A stretch of 64,000 bases of DNA, taken from Octopus vulgaris (taxonomy: Eukaryota). Positions 54,566 to 64,000 of the stretch are shown in pieces (position 1 is the first letter of the stretch; each line of letters begins with the position of its first letter). The stretch spans positions 43,710,001 through 43,774,000 of the forward strand of contig OX597837.1 in NCBI GenBank assembly GCA_951406725.2, written 5' to 3'. The position numbers and the translations under genes were made by a program. The notes beneath the pieces are model-generated. The model ran no database searches, had not been told where the DNA came from, and worked only from the letters and a program-made list of their open reading frames with translations.

Positions 54566-54701
54566 TCTTGACAGCTGTTTCGGGTGCACCATGACTTATG
54601 CTGTAGCTACATTCATACATAATAGATGCAGACGAAACGCGTGTTTGACAACATAAATTTCAAGGGATTTGTTAGACAGTCGGGGAATCATCGTCGAAAG
54701 A
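54566..54701 (-). ncRNA. Possible hammerhead motif with long insertion
   Basis: Minus strand: tctt-TCGACGA-(~110 nt)-GAAA-cagctg-TC-aaga. Confidence 0.4.
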
Positions 54702-55496
54702 AGAATGGCAAATGCGTGTGTTGTATCAGTGCTTACAAATCTAATGGTTTTCTAAGAGAAGCGAGGGGGTAATAAGTAAAGTGTTCAAGGAAAGAAGATG
54801 AACGGTTAGGGAGGTGGTGGAGTGATTAAAGAGGAAATAGCACGATGGAGATAACGGTTGATGAAAACCAGAGTGACGGTAGATAAAGTGTAATGTGGTA
54901 ACCTTTCAGTTTGTGGAGTGGTCGATAGAGAACAGAAGAAAGGCAAGCAGTAAACATCTGTAAGGAGATAACAAGTTATAAAGGAAGACAGATATAACCA
55001 ATTTAAGTCAACAGATCAGCGGTTAATGTGTGTATGTACATATGTATATACGTATATATACATATATATATACACATATATATATACATATATATATATT
55101 CATAGGTATATGTACATATACGTATATGTATGCATACACACATATATATATATATACATACACATGTATACATATATCATATATATAGATACATAAATAT
55201 ATATTCATACATATATGCATATCTATAAACACACATATACACATATGCATATGTATATATAGATATATATACATATATATATAAATATATATATACATAT
55301 ATATATATATAAGTATATATATATATATACATTTATATACATGTATATATACATATATTTATATCTATATATACGTATGAATGTATATATATATGTATAC
55401 ATACTGAGAGAGATACATACATTCATACATACACACCACACACATTCACACACGGACACAACCCCATAGAACACATATGGATATATATATGCATGT

Positions 55497-55561
<65 letters not shown>

Positions 55562-56456
55562 TAAATTAGAGACAAAACCAATATTATGCAAACATACATA
55601 CATATAATATATATATGTATTATATATATATATGAATATGTATGAATGTATATGTATATATATGTATGTATATATATATATTTCCATATCCATATCCATA
55701 CACATATGCTGGTACTGACAACATCACCATAAGTTTCACTTCTTATAAATCGCCTCTCTGGTTTCCGCTGGCATTTGTGACCATTTATCCATAACGCTAC
55801 ACAATCTCTTCGAGAAAGGCATGGATATCACACATTTTTCTCCTCCTCTTTCTTTTAATATACTGTTGTCTGCAATTCTGTGTCTGTGTTTGAAATCAAT
55901 ATTCCTTTTAATACGATATGCAGATTTTAATGGGTTTCGGGGTGCAACTGGTAGCGCAAGGGGTGGGGGGCTGTTCTTAAAACTCATAAAAATCATTTTA
56001 TTGTCACATATTCAGAAACGGTATAGATGAAATATTATGTCCCAAGAAACAAATTGAATGATAATTTTAATTCTCCTCCAAAAAGAAATGGTAATAAAAT
56101 ATTGAGCTACGTGTAAATATATCATAAATACATTAACTGTATATCTCGCTTTCAGCAAATATACATCTGTGTTGGTGTGCGTGTGTGTGTGTGTGTTGGT
56201 TCTCTTGCAGGCAATATATCTCTGATGTCGAATAAGCTCCGTAACCATCTCATAATTTTCGGTGTCGGTCGCTCGTTGAAAAACTCTCTTCTACTGCTGG
56301 CGGATAAATAATTTCATTAGACAATGAAATGCGAAACTTTTCTCCAAGTAATAAATGTATAATTTGTATGTACACACACACACACACATTCATACATACA
56401 CATACACACACAAAGACATGCACACACACATGTATGTATATGTACACACACACACA

Positions 56457-56507
<51 letters not shown>

Positions 56508-56934
56508 GTATATATGTATATATACATACATACATATATATATATATATACATATATATATATGTATATATACATACATACATATATATATATATATACA
56601 TATATATATATGTATATATACATACATATATATACATATATATGTATATACATACTTACATACACACACACATATATATATATACATACATATATATATG
56701 TGTGTATATATATACATATGTATATATGCATATATATATACATATATACATATATATATATATACATATACATAATGTACATACTTACATACACACAAGC
56801 ACACACACACATATATATATATGTGTGTGTGTGTGTGTGTATACGTATATATATATATATATATATATATATACAAGCATTCATATACGTATACATATAC
56901 ATATATATATACATACAAATATATGTGTGTGTAT

Positions 56935-56967
<33 letters not shown>

Positions 56968-57376
56968 AATATATATAGACGTACACATATAGAAATAAAC
57001 ATACGTGTAAAGATACACGTTTGTTCCTATGATGTAATGTATCACATATCCAACGATATACATTTCTGTATTCATTCCTTGTTTCTTTCTTTCTTTTCCT
57101 AGAAATATAAGCATACATATACGCGTGTGTGTATGTGCGGACGTATGTATACCTGTGTGTGTGAATGTAGTGTCTGTGTATGCGTATGTTTGCTTGTATA
57201 GTGTATTTCTACGTATAGCGATGAACAGACGCACACATTTTATATACATAGGTATGTATACATACAAATGTATGCCTACATACACATCTACATAATATTT
57301 ACACCCACACACACACACACTCATACACATATTTACATATATAATTTATATAAGTGTAATATATATAGCCAACGTG

Positions 57377-57425
<49 letters not shown>

Positions 57426-57463
57426 TACATACTTATAAATATATATGTACATATAATATATAC

Positions 57464-57506
<43 letters not shown>

Positions 57507-58451
57507 AACGCGTATATATGTATATACATATATGTGTATATATATTTATATACACGCATATATATACATATGTGTATATAGGCGTATATATATAGATATA
57601 AATATATACATATAGAGAGAAATATAAGTTTATATAGAATATAAGTTTATAAAGTATATATGGACATATATATATATATATGTATGTCTATGTATGTATA
57701 TGAATATATATATAAGTATACACACATACATACATACATCCTTACATACATATAAACATAAATACATACATACATACACACATACATACATACATACATA
57801 CATACATACACACATACATACATACATACATACATACATACACACCCCAATCAGTATTTTCCCCACTATTGTAGACACTAATTGAATCTTAAATCACATT
57901 TAAAAGCGCCACACATGTCGACACATCTCCATTATTATTAGAGGCTGCATTATCCTAAGTAGAACAACACCACGTATGTCTTAAAGCAGCCTTTTCTAGC
58001 CGCCGCAGTTCTCATTATTTTTCATAATTTTTGCCTCAGGTATAGTTGAGCATCGATAAACTTTCAGCTTCTTTTCTGATGAATTATTAGCATGTGGTAT
58101 GATAGCGAAACTATAATAAAGTCGTCGGGGAGTATAATAGCTGAACTATAACAGCCTCGGGTAACGCAAGTTTGCCATAAACCAGGTCGCCGAAACTAAA
58201 ATCAATACATTTCGTCTGGGCGTTAGTCGTTTTAAAAGCTAACAGCTCGAAAAATATAGTAATATTTTATATACTGTAAGGGGGGCGTTAGGTTAGTAGA
58301 ATTAGTAGAACGCCTGGTGGTGTTTGATAAAGACACTGGGTTTTATATATGAAGTACTAGGGTGTTGATACTTGACGCTTGGTCATGGTGCTGCTTTGTA
58401 AGATTGAACACGGACCTACATCGTTGCAAAGCTAGCTTCCTGACCACATAT

Positions 58452-58635
58452 TTCTTGTACTCGTTTCAGGCATTAGACTGCGACTATATTGGTGCACAGC
58501 CTTACAGAATTGTAGTTTAATGATTCGACCCTGTTTGTTTTATGACCTGATTCTTATTTTATCGGGCACTTTAGCCGATCCGTAGCTAAAATTACGTGGA
58601 AATAAACACACCAACTCCGGTTGTTAAGTGGTGGT
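58452..58635 (-). mobile_element. SINE A 3' half, decayed
   Basis: ctcgtttcaggcattagactgcgac..cttattttatcgggc..aaacacaccaactccggttgttaag. Confidence 0.65.
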
Positions 58636-58735
58636 TACATTATTTTCTCTCTGATGAGTCTTGCAAGGTATGAGGCTTGGAGTGGTTTATCTCTCAATTT
58701 TTCTTTGGTATATTCTAAGATTCGTTTTTAATTTT

Positions 58736-58782
58736 GGTGCTCCAGCATGTCTACAGCTTTTAAGCTGGAACATGTGAAAGAG
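58736..58782 (+). mobile_element. Isolated LINE/SINE A-type 3' tail variant
   Basis: ggtgctccagcatgtctacagcttttaagctggaacatgtgaaagag is colinear with the A tail. Confidence 0.6.
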
Positions 58783-59496
58783 TCGAAGAATATAACAATT
58801 TCTCTTGCTTTGCTTCTAAGTATTTTTCTTCATGTCTGATGAACATCTTTGTGCTTTATTGTTTCCCCATATTTACTGCTAAGTCCTTTTCTTTATCTTC
58901 TATAACATAAATGAGTTTCCTTTTATGTGTTAATCACCGCCTTACGAAACCCACTAGCATTGGTTTATAACAGCTCCTTATTACGTGTATCAAACTCATC
59001 ACTCTTGTGTTAGAGATCGTATATTCTCTCTATACCTGCTTTGGAAACCAGTCAAGAATCTTTTCGCATTTCTGCCTAAATTTTCAATTTACTTTCAAAT
59101 TATTAGGTTTAGGCTGTAGAGAATAACAGGGAAAGGCTAGCATATTCCTAGCAGTTATCTTCCTTCTAGCTCTGAATTAACATTTTAATATAAAAGTGGG
59201 TTTTCTGTCATACTCTATTCTGGATTTCTCCATCCTTTCTGCGTGTTTAATTTTATTACATTCACCTGCTTATTAATATGCGTACGAGAATGGTTTTCCA
59301 GAAAGCATTTTGCCAAACAGTTACTGATATGTTGCAGGCTAAAGACGCAGGAGCTTTCGTGACTACATCGAGGGTTTGCGGCAATTTTCAAACAAGTGGG
59401 TAGAGAAACAAGGTGGTTGGGTGTCATGAAAAGCTGATTTTATCAGAGCTCCTACATTTATCACATTTATCAACCAACTAATTTATTTAGTCAGCG

Positions 59497-59858
59497 GTGA
59501 TTCAGTTGAAGAAGGATGCGCGCGAGATGAACATGATAGAAAAATTCAAGCTAATATTTCCTATTAACGCAGAGTAAAAGCTTTTGGCAAAGGTGTTTGC
59601 TAAGACGTTGGCGCTTGTCGTGGGTAATGTTGTTGGAGACACGTCAATCTGTGCCATCCTGCAGACCTATCCACAATAACCTCTGCTTAATGCGATGTGT
59701 AACAGAGGAGGTCGGCAACAGATCTGATTCATTTGGATCAGTCAAAAACTTTCAACAGGGTCGCTCATTAATATTTGTCTTCTACTCTAAGGGCATTTGG
59801 TTTCGATCCCGTCTTCAGAGGCTGAATCACAATAATTTACAGTAGCATCTGCTCGGTG
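59497..59858 (+). mobile_element. L1/Tx1-clade LINE RT fragment
   Basis: Translates LKKD, NAE*KLLAKVFAKTLALVVG, RPIHNNLCLMR and LIHLDQSKTFNRVAH*YL..LRAFGFDPVFRG*I..IYS (RT domains 1-3) across frameshifts. Confidence 0.85.
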
Positions 59859-59894
59859 TACAGCAGCATCTCCTCGGTGTACAGCAGCATCCAC

Positions 59895-60272
59895 TGTGGA
59901 GGCGCAATGGCTCAGTGGTTAGGGCAGCGGACTCGCGGTCGGAGGATCGCGGTTTCGATTCACCGACCGGGCGTTGTGTGTGTTTATTGAGCGAAAACAC
60001 TTAAAGCTCCACGAGGCTCCGGCAGGGGGGTGGGTGGCGACCCCTGTTGTACTCTTTCGCTCCAACTTACTCTCACTCTTTCATCCTGCTTCTCGTCCCC
60101 GACTTCCTACGCAACCGCTGAGCCTGGATGCGCATTCATCCATCAGTCGATGCTCTCGGTGTCGGGGGTTGACCGGCTTTCTCTTCTGCGGGTCTTACGA
60201 ATAGCAAAGGACCACATTTCGGACTTCTCCCATCTTGCGAGCTCTGTGACGAAGACCGTTCGCTCAACAGCA
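59895..60272 (+). mobile_element. SINE D2, D-type head with a different 3' tail, 14-bp TSD
   Basis: A box tggctcagtgg, B box gtttcgattca; TSD acagcagcatccac at 59881-59894 and 60273-60286. Confidence 0.9.
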
Positions 60273-61263
60273 ACAGCAGCATCCACATCTTGAAGGCTTT
60301 GAGCAACGGATACTCTGTTCATCACAGATACTTTCCATTGACTCTCCTGTATGTTTTTGAGCCAATGCTGCAGAGAAGGTCAATCTGCTCGAAATGGGTG
60401 ACAGGAGAGCCGTGACTGCATAGCAAAATCTATCGTAAGACATTTTTTTTAATGAAATGTACAGTGGAATCGAACCCGTAAACACATGGTCGTAGAACAA
60501 AGTTTGTTAACCAGGCAGCCACGTCTATGTTTCATCGTCACATATATATATAGCAATAGAATAGCAGAATCTTCAATGTACATTCTGGAGAGGCCAGTAC
60601 TGACAGAGATCAAATTAAATAGTTCTTTATTGAGAAGAGGTTAAGAGAACTACACAGCTTTTTGCAACGTAGCTCTTGGAAGTAGGAGACTACAAACATT
60701 TGCTAACCCACATAGATTTATATTGTAAAGGTATAATACTACAGTCTACTGGATGCTTCTACACTTGTGCAATGTTGCGTTCAAACGAATACCGAATGAA
60801 TTCTAAATACAATTTAAAGAATCAATAAATTTCAACAATTACTATAGACTTCAAGAAAATGACCGTGCTCTCCCATGGCGATAAATGGTCTTTTTTTTAA
60901 AAACCAGAATAATAACGCAACTTTCTCCTACGACTATACTTTCATTGCCAAAGTAGACACTAAAGCCGAGTATTATTACGATAACGCTATTACGACGAAC
61001 ATGTTTTTGCCAGAATTCAGGGATTTTTTTCTTAAGAAGAAATCGAAAATTGAAGTGGTTGCCAAATTCTTAAACATTCGTGGAACCTTTAAAATAACGG
61101 CTGAGTGAATTGAAGTGAACGCAACCAGAGTTGAGAAATTTAGAGAAAACATTCTCTAAAATTTTATGTGCTGCTCTAAATAAGTGTTATGGCTTCTTGC
61201 TTCGAGTGTCTATTAAATTAAATGTTTCAAATACGTAAATACATGTATGTATACATACATATA

Positions 61264-61332
<69 letters not shown>

Positions 61333-61357
61333 GTATGTATGTATATATATATATGTA

Positions 61358-61390
<33 letters not shown>

Positions 61391-61977
61391 ATTTGTATGT
61401 ATGTATAAGTACGTATATATGTATGCATATGTGTGTGTAAATATATATATATATATATATATATTATACCTACAAACGTATGTATACAATACATACGCAT
61501 ATATCTTACACATTTATATATCTATGTATATATATGTGTGTGTGTGTGCGTGCGAGCATGTGTATATGTGTGTGTGTGTGGTGCCAATATATTGAACATG
61601 GTGATTTATTACAGTAACAAAGCGTCAGAAAGTTTAAGGAGTTATATAAAGTAGTGAACTGAATTGAATAAATGTAATGATGGTACAATAGTTGGCATAG
61701 ATTATTGGTTCAAGTTAAATAGCTTCGTATATGAATCGAAACCAGACCGCAGATTTTTCCTAACGCTCTGTGAAAACAAAAATGAAAAGAAGCAGCCAAC
61801 GTTCAATGAATGTCTTCCAGACTGTAAAGACTCTTCATAGAATTGATGCGCTTTGTCATCTATTTTAATCTAGTTTAATTACTTATTTGCCTCTCGTTAT
61901 GTCATACTGATGGTTTCTAATAAGAATGAAATGGCGAAACACATCATTATCTATGGCTTGAAATGTTAAGATCTTTT

Positions 61978-62169
61978 TTTCTTTTACTTGTTGCAGTCAT
62001 TAGACTGCGGACATACTGGGGCACCGCCTTGGAGAATTAATCGACCGCAGTACTTATTTCTTTCAGCCTGGTACTTATTTTATTAGTCTCTTTTACCGAG
62101 CGCTAAGTTACGCGGAAATAAGCACATCAGTACCGATTATGAAGCGGTGGTGAGGGGCAAGCACAGAAT

Positions 62170-62175
<6 letters not shown>
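61978..62175 (-). mobile_element. SINE A 3' half
   Basis: ttttacttgttgcagtcattagactgcggacatactggggcaccgcc..cgctaagttacg. Confidence 0.85.
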
Positions 62176-62209
<34 letters not shown>

Positions 62210-62233
62210 CAAACACACACATACATACATATA

Positions 62234-63135
62234 TCAAATCAAATTTATTGGCAGGAGAAGAGTACAATGTGCTTAAGCCATGTAAAAAAACAGTTATTGT
62301 TATATACAGTTTTATACATAGTCGCCATAGTTGTCCAGATCCTCTTTGAACAGGGGAGTGGTGGGCAGTTGAATGATATCTTGTGGTACCTTGTTCCACG
62401 GTGTTGCGATACGGAGGGGGAATGCGGTCGAAAGTGTCGGGATGGAGTTTACGATCATGCCCACGAAGACTTCTATCCGGCGCAGGGGTGAAAAACTCCG
62501 CAAATGGTAGGTTTATATTCCCGTTAAATATGTTGAAATCCAGGATGAGATTTCCCCGCCTCCTCCGTCGTTCCAGTGAAAGTAATACCAGCCGTTGGAG
62601 GCGTTTCTTATACGTAAGCTTAAACAAACCCGCGACTATTCGGGTGGCTAAGTGCTGAACCCGTTCAAGATGCTGAATGTCTTTCTGGAGATTTGGGTTT
62701 GAGGCCTGGATGCAATATTCGAGGATGGGTCGAGCTAGAGTGACGTATATAAGGCAAAAGAGGTCCATTGAAAGGTTGACAATATTGGACATACGGTCGC
62801 TTTCCTCCAGTCTTCCAGTACAGTTCCTTGCTCAAAACAAAGATTGAAAAGAGATGGGAGAGAAGTCGCTAGAAAACGTACTAGGACACGTAGAACAGCT
62901 GCATGGAGATTATCTGGGCTGACGCTTTTGTCTCGATGAAGTTTTGAAAGGATAATATAGACTGCATGAGGTGAGATGGTGACTGGAGGCATCGGTTCGA
63001 TTTGCCTATCTGATATCAGAGACTCACGCCCATCATCTATTCGGGAGATAGAAGAGAACATTGCAGCAAAGCGAAAACTTTGTAAGGCGGAGACTGTGAC
63101 AATATTTCCATCGATATCTCTCAATGCAACCACTC
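62234..63135 (-). mobile_element. CR1-clade LINE, 5'-truncated, RT core deleted, 3' end intact
   Basis: KSVSPDNLHAAVL..LFNLCFEQGTVLEDWRKATVCPI is joined to YVTLARPILEYCIQA..DIQHLERVQHLATR..Y..RL..L.L.SLERRRRRG..RGHDRKL; ends aataaa(tttga)2. Confidence 0.9.
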
Positions 63136-63231
63136 AGTTATTCAGTGTGTACAGTTAACTATTTGTTTATTTTAGTATTTCTAAACTATAAACCATTTCC
63201 ACAGAATTTGAATTCTCTTTATAGTAATATA

Positions 63232-63529
<298 letters not shown>

Positions 63530-63569
63530 TACTATGAATGTGATATATAATATATTTAATGTAATATAG

Positions 63570-63775
63570 TTTCTTTTCTACTCGCTTCACACATTGGGAC
63601 ACTGTTGAAGAATTTTAATCAGATGGATGGACGCCGCTACTTATTTTTTCTATTTTAAAATCCTGATACTTATTCTATCCTTCTATTCTGCCGAACCGCT
63701 AAGTTACGGTGACAGAAACGTACCATCACCGACTGTCAAACGATGATGGAGGACAAACACAAAGATACGCACGCG
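63570..63775 (-). mobile_element. SINE A 3' half, decayed
   Basis: tacttattctatcc..gccgaaccgctaagttacgg..ggacaaacacaaagatac. Confidence 0.7.
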
Positions 63776-64000
63776 GCACGCACACACACTCTAACCACTT
63801 GGCCACTCGCCTTCGCTCACATCACCATGACTACTAAAATACGCTACACAGGAATATATTTATTTAAACTCAAAAGTGAAACTAATCGATCAAGAGTAAT
63901 AGAACAACGCACATAATTATAATGTGAATTTAATATTTCCAAACAAGCCGGCTAATACAACACAGACGCATCTAAAAGTGTAATTAAAAACGGAATAACA

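Noticed and set aside
60875-61108. 77-aa non-repetitive ORF
   Set aside because: No recognisable motif; the length is compatible with chance.

Overview
This is an AT-rich, microsatellite-saturated animal genomic window. I can support no host protein-coding gene, rRNA or functional tRNA gene in it. Nearly all ORFs in the supplied track are translations of (TA)n, (CA)n, (ATAC)n, (GATA)n, (AAT)n or (ACC)n repeats. The repeat style suggests a coleoid cephalopod, probably Octopus, intron or intergenic region (inference from pattern recall, not a search). The interpretable content is mobile DNA. (1) Four tRNA-headed SINE types, labelled A, B, C and D here. A is a composite ~410-bp element with an internal microsatellite and about 20 full or partial copies. 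(2) Decayed non-LTR retrotransposons: R4/Dong-like, RTE, CR1/L2-like and L1/Tx1-like. (3) Penelope-like element relics and six minimal type I hammerhead-ribozyme-like motifs, three clustered at 54.0-54.7 kb. (4) DNA-transposon relics: mariner DD34D, maT DD37D, Tc2/pogo-like termini, a fold-back MITE and a rearranged Helitron. The most notable observations are the hammerhead cassettes embedded next to microsatellites, the SINE A 3' tail shared with a local LINE 3' end through a covarying hairpin, a permuted SINE B multimer inside a 22-bp TSD, tail-swapped D SINEs, and (TA)n-centred inverted duplications. All family names come from motif recognition by eye. Boundaries of decayed elements are approximate.
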